Shown piece by piece: positions 9,999 to 19,587 of a stretch of DNA of 64,000 nt. The translations under genes and the position numbers were made by a program. The first letter of the stretch is position 1, and every line of letters starts with the position of its first letter. This DNA comes from Nitrospirota bacterium (lineage in GTDB: Bacteria > Nitrospirota > UBA9217): positions 217,618-281,617 of the forward strand of contig CAVUCU010000007.1 in NCBI GenBank assembly GCA_963740085.1, given 5' to 3'. The notes beneath the pieces are model-generated. The model made no database searches. It was not told where the DNA came from and saw only the letters and a list, made by a program, of their open reading frames with translations.

Positions 9999-11753
9999 TC
10001 AAAGGGCGGAAGAACGGCCCTGCTCCCGGTTCCCGGATCCTGACTCCTGACTTCTGCCTTTCTCAGACCTGTTTCTGCGCTGTGTCACTCGCACCACTTC
10101 ATCAACCGAGGTGATCCCCGCGAGCACCTTGTCTGCGCCGTCCTGCCGGAGCGTGTGCATGCCTTTTTCCACGGCCAGCGCTTTCAACATGGCCGCGTCT
10201 GCGTTCTTCATGATGAGCTGCCGGACCTCGTCGTCCACGCTCAAAAGCTCGTAGATCGCGCTCCTGCCGAGGTAGCCGGTCTGGAAGCATGCCGGGCAGG
10301 CTTTCGCCCGGTACACGGTCGCGCCGGCTGCATCGGTCTTGAGCTCAAGCTCTGCTGTCTCGGCGGGCGTGATCGGGTAGGGCTCCCGGCATTCCGTGCA
10401 GAGAACCCTCACAAGCCGCTGCGCCAGGATTGCCATGACCGATGACGAAATGAGGAACGGTTCGACCTTCATGTCGATCAATCTTGTCACGGCTCCCGCC
10501 GAGTCGTTCGTGTGAAGCGTGGAGAACACGAGGTGCCCGGTAAGCGCCGCCTGGATCGCGATCTCGGCGGTCTCCGAGTCCCGGATCTCGCCCACCAGGA
10601 TCACGTCCGGGTCCTGCCGGAGAACGGAGCGAAGCCCGGCGGCAAAGCTCAGATGGATCTTCGCGTTCACCTGTATCTGGCCGATTCCCTTGAGCTGGTA
10701 TTCGATGGGATCCTCTATCGTTATGATGTTCTTGTCGGGAGAGTTGATCTTCGAGAGCGCGGCGTAAAGGGTCGTGGTCTTTCCACTGCCCGTGGGGCCG
10801 GTCACCAGAATGATCCCGTGGGGCCGGGTGATGTGTTCATTGAACCGGGTGAGCGTATCGCCGGAGAACCCGATCTGATCGAGCGGCAGGAGCGCGCTCT
10901 CGCGGTAAAGGAGGCGCAGCACAATGCGTTCGCCGAAGGCGGTGGGCACGATCGAGACACGGATGTCCACGTCCTTGCCGCCGATCTTGATCCGCATGCC
11001 GCCGTCCTGCGGCAGCCGCTTCTCGGCAATGTTCAGGTCAGCCATGATCTTGACGCGCGATGCGATGCTGGATTGAAAACGCTTCTGGATCGTCAATATG
11101 TTGTAGAGAATGCCGTCAATGCGAAACCGGGCGACCATCTCCTTCTCAAAGGGCTCGATGTGGATATCGCTCGCGCGTTCCCGGATCGCCTGGGACAGCA
11201 GCGAGTTCACCAGCCGGATGATCGGTGCGTCATCGGTTGCCTCGAGCAGGTCCGTGGGCTCGTCAAGCTCCGCCGCGAGAAATGTCAGGTCCTCTTCCTC
11301 CATCTCCTGCACGGTGTCCTCGGCGCGGTTCATGTCCTCACTGTGCAGTCGATTGACCGTGTCAAGGATGAGTTCGGAGGGGGATAGACAGAGGGAAATA
11401 TCCGTGTTGAACAGGATCCGGAGGTCGTCGATCGTGGAAAGCGCAAGCGGTTCGGAGGTGGCCACGAGAACGCTGCCGTTCTCGCGCCGGAGCGGGATCG
11501 CGATCGCTTTTTTTGCATAGGTGATCGGCAGCTTGAGCGCAAGTTCACGGTCGATCTCGCCAAGGCCTGCCTGGAACGGCAGGCCGAGCTGCTCGCCGAG
11601 CGCCGTGAGCACCTCGGCCTCGGTCACGAAGTTGAGACGGACGAGCAGTGTTCCGATCCGGCCTCCCCGTTTCATTTGAAGGTCGAGCGTCTTTTTGAGC
11701 CGTTCAGCTGAAAGCCCGGACTCAACGAGTATCTCGCCGAGCAGGCGTCTCAC
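9999..11753 (-). CDS. gspE: Type II secretion ATPase E
   Basis: MshEN-like N-terminus (RRLLGEILV), ASDIHIEP, GPTGSGKTT, LRQDPDVILVGEIRD and two CxxC motifs. Confidence 0.97.
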   Translation of the reverse strand: MRRLLGEILVESGLSAERLKKTLDLQMKRGGRIGTLLVRLNFVTEAEVLTALGEQLGLPFQAGLGEIDRELALKLPITYAKKAIAIPLRRENGSVLVATSEPLALSTIDDLRILFNTDISLCLSPSELILDTVNRLHSEDMNRAEDTVQEMEEEDLTFLAAELDEPTDLLEATDDAPIIRLVNSLLSQAIRERASDIHIEPFEKEMVARFRIDGILYNILTIQKRFQSSIASRVKIMADLNIAEKRLPQDGGMRIKIGGKDVDIRVSIVPTAFGERIVLRLLYRESALLPLDQIGFSGDTLTRFNEHITRPHGIILVTGPTGSGKTTTLYAALSKINSPDKNIITIEDPIEYQLKGIGQIQVNAKIHLSFAAGLRSVLRQDPDVILVGEIRDSETAEIAIQAALTGHLVFSTLHTNDSAGAVTRLIDMKVEPFLISSSVMAILAQRLVRVLCTECREPYPITPAETAELELKTDAAGATVYRAKACPACFQTGYLGRSAIYELLSVDDEVRQLIMKNADAAMLKALAVEKGMHTLRQDGADKVLAGITSVDEVVRVTQRRNRSEKGRSQESGSGNREQGRSSAL

Positions 11754-13960
11754 CGGCCGGCCTCTGCGGGCGCGGCCGGCGCGGATAACACGGTTGTTGT
11801 TGGAGCGCTCTCCACTCCCTCCGCGGCCGGCGCGGATAATACGGTTGTTGTTGGAGCACTCTCCACTGCCCCCGAGGCCGGGGTGGATGATTCCGTTGTT
11901 GTTGGAGCGCTCTCCACTGCCCCCGAGGCCGGCGCGGATAACACGGTTGTTGTTGGAGCGCTCTCCACTCCCTCCGCGGCCGGTGTGGATGATGTGGTTG
12001 CTGTTGGAACGCTCTCCACTGCCCCCGCAGCCGGCGCAGAGGGGGTCTGATCGCTCTCGTTCTCCCCGGCGGTGCCGGTGTCCGCGGACTTCATTGACGG
12101 CTCCACGCTCCCGGTTTTGTCCAGCGGCTTCAGCATCGGTTGCAGGGATTCACTTTTTTTCTCCATGCGGTATTCCTGACGCCACTTTTCCATTGCATCA
12201 TTCTTCTGCCTTGCCAGATCGCTGGCTTCGTCTTCATTGTTGATGATATAGGGAGTAATGAAGATCATGAGGTTCGTCTTATCGATGCTGGTTGTTTTAG
12301 ACTTGAAGAGCCAACCGAGGAGAGGAATGTCGCCAAGGAACGGCACCTTTGAAGTCGAGGAGGTGACGTTGTCGCGGATCAGGCCGCCGATCACCATGGT
12401 CTGGCGGTCTTTCACCACAACAGCGGTGGTCGCGGATCGCTTGCTGGTCGTTGGTCCGGCCACATTCGTCAAGGTGGATGCGATCACATCGGAAATTTCC
12501 TGATTGACCTCAAGGCGGACATTATCAGAGGAGGCGATCTGCGGCGTTATCGACAACTTGATGCCGACGTCCTGCCGGGTAACTGTATTAAAAAGTGACT
12601 GGCTGCCTGTTATCGCGTTCTGCGTCTGGCCGGTAATAAAAGGGACGTTCTGACCTACCATGATCTCGGCCTTTTGATTGTCCATGGTGAGAATGTTCGG
12701 CGTCGAGAGCACGTTTACGTCGCCGTCAATCTGGAGCGCGTGAAGAAGCGCGCCCACACTCAGGAATTGTTTGCCCTGGAAAGTGAAGGTACCCTTGATC
12801 GCGCCTACCGCAAGGCCGCTCATCTGGGCAAGTGCGGCCGGTCCGTTTGCAATGACGTTGCCGATGTTGCCGAAATTGGTTCCCCCCACAACGGCCGATG
12901 TCGCACCTTCATTCAAGCTGCTGGTTTTTATCGGCACCTCAAACTCGAACCCCAGATCACTCATCTTTGACAGACTCAGCTCGATTATGGAGACCTCGAC
13001 ATATACCTGGCGCCGACGGATATCGAGCTTCTGGATCACGTCCTTCACAACCTCGTAATCGCCCGGCGAGGCGACGATGATCAGCGAATTGGTGGATTTG
13101 TCCGCCGAAATATTGACGGCACTTTCCAGGATCGTGGAGGAATTCGCCGGCTGGGCAGGTCGACCCGGCTGAGGGGGTGCAGGCAGCCGCGCGACCAGCG
13201 CGGTCAACAGCTTGGAGATATCGTCGGCGTTTGCGTTCTTAAGGTGATAGACATTGATCTTCCCTTTCCCTTCAGGCGCCGCAACGTCAATGGCTTGGAT
13301 CAGGCTCTCGATCTTTCTAATGTTGGGAACCGAGTCAGTGATAATGATCGAATTCGTGTTCGGATAGGCGATCAGGTTGCCGTCCCTGGACATCAGCGGG
13401 CTGAGGGTTTGTAGGATATCATGGGGATTGACAAATTTCATCCTGATGAGCTTGGTCACGAACCCCTCGCCCTGCATAGTTCCGTCCTGGAAAACCTTGA
13501 TCCCGCTCTGCCGGGCCATGGCCGAGGGAATGATGCGGGTGACGCTACCGTCCTCCATGGTCGTGAAGCCTTTGATCTCGAGCGCAGAAAGAAACACCTG
13601 GTACGCCTCGTCCGGCGACATCTTCGTCGGCGTCATGATCGTGACCTTTCCCGCCACCTTCTCGTCGAGGATAAAGTTCCTGCGGGTAAGCTCGCTCATC
13701 ACCTTGATAAGCGCGTTGATGTCGATATTCGTGAAGTTCAGGGTAACGTAATCGTCAGTGGACTTGCTCTTCCTGAGATGAACCTTTTCGGCGGGAGCGG
13801 CGGATGCAGTCGGTGCAGCGACAGGTTCGGTTACGGCCGGCACCGTCGGAGCGGGTTCGGCCGCAGGAGGTACGTCTGGATCGTTCGGCATGCTCTCAGC
13901 ATATGACGCCGATGCGCTCACAAGCCCTATCACGAGCAGCAGGGCCACTAATTTTTTCAC
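11750..13960 (-). CDS. gspD: Type II secretion secretin D with a repetitive C-terminal tail
   Basis: GTG start with RBS GGAGG and a signal peptide; N0-N3 domains; secretin motifs NVLSTPNILTMDNQKAEIMVG and KVPFLGDIPLLGWLF. Confidence 0.96.
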   Translation of the reverse strand: MKKLVALLLVIGLVSASASYAESMPNDPDVPPAAEPAPTVPAVTEPVAAPTASAAPAEKVHLRKSKSTDDYVTLNFTNIDINALIKVMSELTRRNFILDEKVAGKVTIMTPTKMSPDEAYQVFLSALEIKGFTTMEDGSVTRIIPSAMARQSGIKVFQDGTMQGEGFVTKLIRMKFVNPHDILQTLSPLMSRDGNLIAYPNTNSIIITDSVPNIRKIESLIQAIDVAAPEGKGKINVYHLKNANADDISKLLTALVARLPAPPQPGRPAQPANSSTILESAVNISADKSTNSLIIVASPGDYEVVKDVIQKLDIRRRQVYVEVSIIELSLSKMSDLGFEFEVPIKTSSLNEGATSAVVGGTNFGNIGNVIANGPAALAQMSGLAVGAIKGTFTFQGKQFLSVGALLHALQIDGDVNVLSTPNILTMDNQKAEIMVGQNVPFITGQTQNAITGSQSLFNTVTRQDVGIKLSITPQIASSDNVRLEVNQEISDVIASTLTNVAGPTTSKRSATTAVVVKDRQTMVIGGLIRDNVTSSTSKVPFLGDIPLLGWLFKSKTTSIDKTNLMIFITPYIINNEDEASDLARQKNDAMEKWRQEYRMEKKSESLQPMLKPLDKTGSVEPSMKSADTGTAGENESDQTPSAPAAGAVESVPTATTSSTPAAEGVESAPTTTVLSAPASGAVESAPTTTESSTPASGAVESAPTTTVLSAPAAEGVESAPTTTVLSAPAAPAEAGR
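11765..12019 (-). repeat. 5 x 51-nt (17-aa) tandem repeat in the GspD C-terminus
   Basis: Units VESVPTATTSSTPAAEG / VESAPTTTVLSAPASGA / VESAPTTTESSTPASGA / VESAPTTTVLSAPAAEG / VESAPTTTVLSAPAAPA. Confidence 0.95.
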
Positions 13961-14090
13961 TCGTTGCCTCCGTGTAAAAAAGCTTCGACACGGAGACACG
14001 GGGAAAAAGGGAACGCGGAGAAAATGGCCGCCAGTATCCTTTTCTCTCCCCGTCACCGTATCACCCGTCGCCGCGTCCGTCCTTTGCCGG

Positions 14091-14924
14091 TTATCGTATC
14101 TCGTAATTCAACGTCTGGCGAGCACCGCCCCGCAGCAGGTCGATGGAGATGAACCGCTCGGTCCTCAGGCCCTGGTAGAGCTGGAAGAACTTGGCGGGAT
14201 CGTCCACTTCTTGCGAATTGACCTTCTGGATCACGTCGCCGTTCTGGAGCCCGATCTTCTCATAGATGCTGCCGGGAGCGATCTCACTGATCCGGAACCC
14301 CACGGTCTTCCCCTGCTCCATGTAGGGCAGCGCCCGCGCCTGCGTCAGGATCTGGCTCATGTTCTCGGTGCTCGCGAGCATTTCCCTCTGGTCCACCATG
14401 TACTTGCCGGCTGATAGTCTCTTGACCCCTACACCGGCGTTTGCGCCAGGCGCTTGAATGTCTACGATTTTGTCCTCGTCGGCAAGCAGGATGTCGACCG
14501 TCGATCCGTCAGGCCTCTGGAGTGTTACCTTTTCGCGCTTCACCTGGATGATCTGGGATCCGTCCGGCAGCTTCTGGTGTATCCGGTAGAATACCTGGCC
14601 GGTGCTGTCCTCGAGCACAGCGCCGGAAAAGCTCCCACCCTCTACCGTACCGATGAGCTTGTAGTTCGAGGATTCGACCGCCGGTGGTCCGCTCGACGGA
14701 CCTTTGCCTTCGCCGAAGAGGCCGCGTTCCAGAATGGAGGAATAGTCGCTCAACTCCCGGCGGGGCTCCAAGACCGGCCGGTCGCGCTCCAGGGGCGTGG
14801 TGAACCTGGGCGCAGCTTCGAGACTCCGACCGATCATGGCATCCACGGTATCGGCGAGGAAGTAGGCTGATACGGTAAGGAGCGCAACGAGCACAAAAGC
14901 ATATAGTGTTTTGTTTTCCTTCAT
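14091..14924 (-). CDS. gspC: Type II secretion protein C with PDZ domain
   Basis: N-terminal TM, LIGTVEG HR domain and PDZ (GFRISEIAPGSIYEKIGLQNGDVI); first gene of the operon. Confidence 0.92.
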   Translation of the reverse strand: MKENKTLYAFVLVALLTVSAYFLADTVDAMIGRSLEAAPRFTTPLERDRPVLEPRRELSDYSSILERGLFGEGKGPSSGPPAVESSNYKLIGTVEGGSFSGAVLEDSTGQVFYRIHQKLPDGSQIIQVKREKVTLQRPDGSTVDILLADEDKIVDIQAPGANAGVGVKRLSAGKYMVDQREMLASTENMSQILTQARALPYMEQGKTVGFRISEIAPGSIYEKIGLQNGDVIQKVNSQEVDDPAKFFQLYQGLRTERFISIDLLRGGARQTLNYEIR

Positions 14925-14953
14925 AAATTTACCATCACTTCTTCCAGGTGAAG

Positions 14954-14983
14954 ATTATACTCTCAAACCATGTCTGTTGTCAA
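14954..14983 (-). promoter_or_regulatory. Sigma-70-type promoter of the gsp operon
   Basis: Minus strand TTGACA-N18-TATAAT. Confidence 0.7.
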
Positions 14984-15085
14984 TTACTAACAACTTGAGA
15001 GTTAAAAGTTTTTCAGCAAATTCAGGTTTCCATGGAGGAACATGAATTATTAGCATAACTAAGGCGTGGTTTTCAATAAAAAAAT

Positions 15086-17018
15086 TTACAGCCCGGGAAA
15101 CAACGCATCCAACTCGTGTTTGTCCGCTTTATGCCCATGCATCGCTGCGGCCCTTGCTTCTTTCCATCTCCGCCTCAGCTTCTTCACATTCTCACCCTTC
15201 GCTTCTTTTGCCTTAAGCTTGTTATCGATCACCACAAGGCGGGCCAGCGCATCACGAATGCCTTTCTCGAGGTCCCGGTATTTCACGGGATCGGACTTCG
15301 GAATGGAAAAATCGCCGCTCGTTTTCCAGATATCTCCCAATTTCATCCACGCGGCGAAATATTCTATCTTCCCGCCTTCCATGAGCTCGATCTTCGACGT
15401 TGCCTTGATGTCCCTGACCCACAGGCCATTCTTATCCGCAACTACTTTCTGGCTTCCCGTGAACGGTTCAGCCCCCTGGGAATCAAAGTATCGCCACTTC
15501 ACGCGGCTGACCTGGGTCTCCGAATCGTGACAACTGCCGCACGTGCGTGATTTTCCGAGCGGGTGCGCCACCTGTTCAACCTGGAGCCATGCGAGATAGT
15601 TGTTGTTCCCGCCGGGGAAGCTGAAGGTCCCAAGCTGGACATAGGCATCATGCGTCTCGCCTTTCGGCCAGCGGAAGGTGAGCCCCGGCCTGGGTGCGAT
15701 CGTATCTTTGATCCCTCCCGCGCTGTTCGGCCAGATCTTTACCGGCATCCACCTGTTATTCTGGTCCTTGATCAATATCGGCGGTTCCTGCGGGCCGTAA
15801 TATAATGAATACTTCTTGAACGGATTCGGCTTGGACAAGATCTTGCCCGGCCCCCACGACGTCATCTCGTATCCGCCGAGAAGCTTCACGTGGCAGGCTT
15901 CACACGCGAGATTTTTGTGCGCACTCACTGCCATGGCCTGCTCGACTTCGATATGACAGTCCTGGCACGTCGCCTTACGCTCGATGTGCCCCATGCCGCC
16001 GGGTCCGCTTTGGTGGCAGTCGACACATTCGATTTTTTTCGCGACATGCACGTCCTCGGGCAGGCCCGCAGGCTCTGAGAAGTCTTTGCCGAGATAACTG
16101 TCCCCTCTTCTTCTCTCCATCGTTCCCGAATGACAAACAAAGGTGCTCCGGCCCCCGCCGGCGCAATTCGGCGATGGAGGTACGCGTTTGAATGCGTGCA
16201 CCCCCTGCTCACGCGTGGGCGCATAGTGACAGTCAAGGCAACCCACGTGGCAGAGATTGCACGCCTTTTGCTTGGCGATCGCCTGTTCGTGCGAAAGCGG
16301 GAGATTGATCTGTGCTACGATCCTTTTCGTGTTCTCGAAAGAGAACCTGTCTCCTTCCGCCCTGCCGACCGGCTGGGTGTCCGCGAAGGACGGCCCTCAG
16401 TTATTCGGGCCGTGGATATCGTTCCAGACGCGCATTGAGCGCTGCCGGAAGTTCGCGGCCATGATGCTGGTATCGAATTGTTTCACTTCATCAGGATGGC
16501 AGGCCGACTTTCCGCAGGTCCTGGCGGCGATCGCCGGGTCGAAGCCGAGTGTGGTCAGATTTCGATCGTGGTACATCAGTGTTCCGACGTCGTCGTCCAA
16601 CTCGCCGTCCGCAAGGCGGGGAAGCATGTTCCGCTGCCGGTCGTCACCTGACGGCAGGAGCTGTTTCACATGACCTTTGCGCGGGATGACGTTCAGATCA
16701 TTGTCGAGCACGATAAGTTTGAGCATGCCGGCATGCGCCCTGGCCGGGTCATCGAACAGTCCGTTGCCGAGATGGCAGTCGCGGCACTCCGTGTTCGGGT
16801 GGCGGGACTCCTTCTGCACCTGCTCGCGGGTCATCGCGAGTTCGGGATAGCCCAGTTTTGCCATCCGGGTTTTATCCGCATGGCACGACACGCACTTGTC
16901 GCTCGACCGGTAGTTTGAGTAGAAAGAGATGAAGAGCAGAACGAAGGACGAGCTGGGCGACAAGGATCGCCATGCCTTTTCTGCTGCCGAAGAATCTCCA
17001 GAGTTTGCCGATGGCCAT
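15086..17018 (-). CDS. Multiheme cytochrome c, probable selenoprotein (UGA at 16397-16399 read as Sec; apparent 1-nt indel near 16948)
   Basis: ORFs 16397-17035 and 15086-16246 share a frame and are separated only by one TGA plus 50 sense codons (HGPNN-U-GPSFADTQP...KACNLCHVGCLDCH). There are 8 CxxCH motifs plus CX4CH and CX9CH variants, and a SECIS-like hairpin follows the TGA. Confidence 0.85.
16352..16390 (-). promoter_or_regulatory. Bacterial SECIS-like hairpin
   Basis: After the UGA: UCCUUC..CCC-A-GCC[GGUC]GGC-A-GGG..GAAGGA. The G-first GGUC apical loop starts 27 nt after the UGA and matches the E. coli fdhF SECIS loop sequence. Confidence 0.75.
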
Positions 17019-17134
17019 GAGAAATAAGATACCACAGGCAGGGCATCATGACAATCTTAAAAAGGAACAGGGGGGCGAACAAAGAGTTAACCCGGCGTCG
17101 CGAAGCAGTTGGCGACGAGCAATTAATTTAGCTC

Positions 17135-17220
17135 GTAGGTTGGGCTGAACGGTTCATGCGAAGCCCAACGCATTATACGACATATAAATGTTGGGCAGGA
17201 GGATCGTTTGCCCAACCTAC
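17135..17220. repeat. GTAG-family REP doublet (REPIN-like)
   Basis: GTAGGTTGGGCTG...AAGCCCAAC and the inverted GTTGGGC...GCCCAACCTAC flank an AT-rich spacer. Confidence 0.8.
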
Positions 17221-17232
17221 ATAAAATTATGA

Positions 17233-18603
17233 TCAGAACAACCGCTCCATCGCCTCTTCCACGGTCCGCACGCCCATCAGCTCCATCTTTTTAATTGCAG
17301 CGGTTTTCTCCATCTTCTCGACGTTCAGCGCCGGCAGCACGCAACGCGTGAAACCGAGCTTCGCCGCATCCTTAAGACGTGATTCGGCCTGACTGATCGC
17401 ACGCACTTCCCCGGCAAGGCCCACCTCGCCCATCACCACAGTCCCGGCATTGATCGGCTTCTCGCGGAAGCTCGAGGCCACGGCCGCGATCACACCGAGG
17501 TCGATCGCAGGCTCGTCGACCTTCAACCCTCCGACGATGTTCACGAACACATCCATGCCCATGAGGTGCATGCCGACCCGCTTTTCGAGCACGGCGAGCA
17601 GGAGAGAGACGCGGTTGAAATCCACGCCGATGCAGGTCCTCCGGGGCATGGCGAGCTTTGAGGGGGCCACCAGCGCCTGGAGTTCGGCGAGGATCGGCCT
17701 TGTCCCTTCAAGGGAGGAGACCACGACCGAACCTGTTGCGTCGGCGGGTCGCTCGGCCAGGAATATCTCCGACGGGTTGGACACTTCCGCCAGACCGCTT
17801 TCCTTCATCTCGAACACACCGATCTCGTTGGTGGAACCGAAGCGGTTCTTGACCGCGCGCAGGATGCGGAAGGAGTGCCCCTTGTCCCCTTCAAAATACA
17901 ACACGGTATCGACGATATGCTCAAGCACACGCGGTCCGGCAATAGCGCCGTCCTTGGTCACGTGGCCGATGAGGAACGTCGGCATGCCGGTGCGCTTGGC
18001 GTGGATCATGAGCCTGCCCGAGACCTCGCGCACCTGGCCCACGCTGCCCGGCGCGGACGGCAGCTCCGCGGTGAACATGGTCTGGATGGAATCGATGACC
18101 AGTACCTGGGGTTCGAGTCCGTCCGCCGCGTGGATGATCTCTTCAAGCTGCGTCTCGGCCAATACGTAGAGGTTATCGGTCTTGACGCCGAGCCGCTGGG
18201 CTCGCATCTTGATCTGTGAAGGAGACTCCTCGCCGGATACGTACAGCGCCTTGCCCCGGAGCTCGGATACCTGTCTCAGCATCTGGAGCACGAGCGTGGA
18301 CTTGCCGATGCCCGGGTCCCCGCCGATCAGCACCACGGAGCCGGAAACGATCCCGCCGCCGAGCACGCGGTCGAGTTCGCCGATCTTCGTAACGAACCGG
18401 TCCTCGTCCTTTGCCTGGATCTCTCCCAGGAGGACCGGCTCCGATCCCCCGGAGCGCTTCGCGCTCCCGATGTCCTTGGGTTTCTCCATGCGCTCCTCGA
18501 CCATGGTGTTCCATGCGCCGCAGTCGGGGCACTTGCCCATCCATCGGGGAGACTGGGAGCCGCAGGACTGGCAAACGTAAACGGTTTTGGCTTTCGATTT
18601 CAT
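17233..18603 (-). CDS. radA: DNA repair protein RadA/Sms
   Basis: N-terminal C4 zinc finger, GDPGIGKST, KNRFG motif and a Lon-like C-terminus. Confidence 0.98.
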   Translation of the reverse strand: MKSKAKTVYVCQSCGSQSPRWMGKCPDCGAWNTMVEERMEKPKDIGSAKRSGGSEPVLLGEIQAKDEDRFVTKIGELDRVLGGGIVSGSVVLIGGDPGIGKSTLVLQMLRQVSELRGKALYVSGEESPSQIKMRAQRLGVKTDNLYVLAETQLEEIIHAADGLEPQVLVIDSIQTMFTAELPSAPGSVGQVREVSGRLMIHAKRTGMPTFLIGHVTKDGAIAGPRVLEHIVDTVLYFEGDKGHSFRILRAVKNRFGSTNEIGVFEMKESGLAEVSNPSEIFLAERPADATGSVVVSSLEGTRPILAELQALVAPSKLAMPRRTCIGVDFNRVSLLLAVLEKRVGMHLMGMDVFVNIVGGLKVDEPAIDLGVIAAVASSFREKPINAGTVVMGEVGLAGEVRAISQAESRLKDAAKLGFTRCVLPALNVEKMEKTAAIKKMELMGVRTVEEAMERLF

Positions 18604-18741
18604 TGAGGCCTTCCTACTTTCTCCGAAAAGAATAAATATTCACCCTCACCTGACCAAGTGAGAGGAATCTATAAGGGACCCTGCAGCAAGCTGCAGGAAA
18701 TTGCAAGTTCAATAAATTTCTCCGCGAGCTCTGCGAAGTCC

Positions 18742-18769
18742 TAAGTGGCCGCTTTTCTTTCATAGGCCA
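18742..18769 (+). repeat. Dispersed 28-nt mini-element, copy 1
   Basis: TAAGTGGCCGCTTTTCTTTCATAGGCCA, identical to 44027-44054; the 25-nt core also occurs at 62154-62178. Confidence 0.9.
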
Positions 18770-18824
18770 CTGCGAGAGACCGCATTTCGTAAATCCGAAA
18801 ACAGAACAATTCTCTTAAAAATAC

Positions 18825-19301
18825 TTACCCGGCCCTGCGCTCGTACCGGACCATTGAATAGGGGAGGATGTCCTCGAATTTTTTCCGCTCGACCTCCGCG
18901 AAATCATCGGGGATATCGGGGAAGAATGCATCGCCGTCAAATTCCTCATCAACGATCGTAAGGTAGATCCTGTCCGCAAGCGGCATGGCCTCGCGAAACA
19001 CCGCTTCACCGCCGCAGATGAAGACCTCATCAGCGTCCCCGCAGGCCGTGATCGCTGCCCGCAGATCATTCACGACCGTGCATCCTTCAGGCGAATACCC
19101 CTGTTGGGTCGAGATGATGATGTTCCTGCGCCCCGGCAGCGGGTGTCCGATGCTCTCGAAGGTCCTCCGTCCCATGATGACAGGATGCCCCATCGTGATC
19201 GCCTTAAACCGTCTGTGTTCCGAGGGCAGGTCCCAGGGCAATTCATTCTCACGACCGATCACCCGGTTTTCCGCCATGGCCGCAATAATTGAAATGATCA
19301 T
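18825..19301 (-). CDS. folA: Dihydrofolate reductase
   Basis: IIAAMAENRVIG, LPW, VIMGRRTFESIG, PLPGRRNII, ICGG and GDAFFP motifs. Confidence 0.96.
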   Translation of the reverse strand: MIISIIAAMAENRVIGRENELPWDLPSEHRRFKAITMGHPVIMGRRTFESIGHPLPGRRNIIISTQQGYSPEGCTVVNDLRAAITACGDADEVFICGGEAVFREAMPLADRIYLTIVDEEFDGDAFFPDIPDDFAEVERKKFEDILPYSMVRYERRAG

Positions 19302-19587
19302 GGTGTGCTGTCTCAGCATCCCCCTCAAGATAATTTTTCAACCTGTTCTCATTACACCATATTTTCCGCGATTCTTCAACCTCAAAAAAATAATGCTATC
19401 TTTTGATCTATTTGTTGTATAATGGTCCGCGTGAGTCTCATACTGGATCTGACATCAGGGCAAATCAGTAAAATATTTACTAATTCTTTGGACGTACAAA
19501 TTCACATGCCGGTCAATTGACTCTTTCGTCAAATTGTGGTATGAGAAGATTGAATATTTCATCTCTCAAGGAACAACTAAGGCAAAT

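Noticed and set aside
10512-11387. Long antisense ORFs (e.g. 10512-11387, 33433-34362, 37116-38216, 56803-57822, 62370-63326)
   Set aside because: They are shadows of well-supported genes on the opposite strand in GC-rich DNA and show no recognisable motifs.
11765-12019. Tandem repeats here and at 21076-21192 as possible CRISPR arrays
   Set aside because: They are in-frame coding repeats with no unique spacers, and there are no cas genes in the window.
16397-17035. ORF-track start at 17035 and treating the cytochrome as two genes
   Set aside because: The 17035 N-terminus is not signal-like and overlaps the -10 box. ATG 17018 gives MAIGKLWRFFGSRKGMAILVAQLV, which joins the TM segment after one indel. 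The 16246 GTG has no RBS and lies between two heme motifs.
19455-19520. Possible c-di-GMP-I riboswitch upstream of the HD-GYP gene (GGGCAAA...GACGTACAAA...GCCGG)
   Set aside because: Only fragments match. There is no convincing GNRA-capped P2 stem or P3 hairpin, so an Infernal score would be needed.
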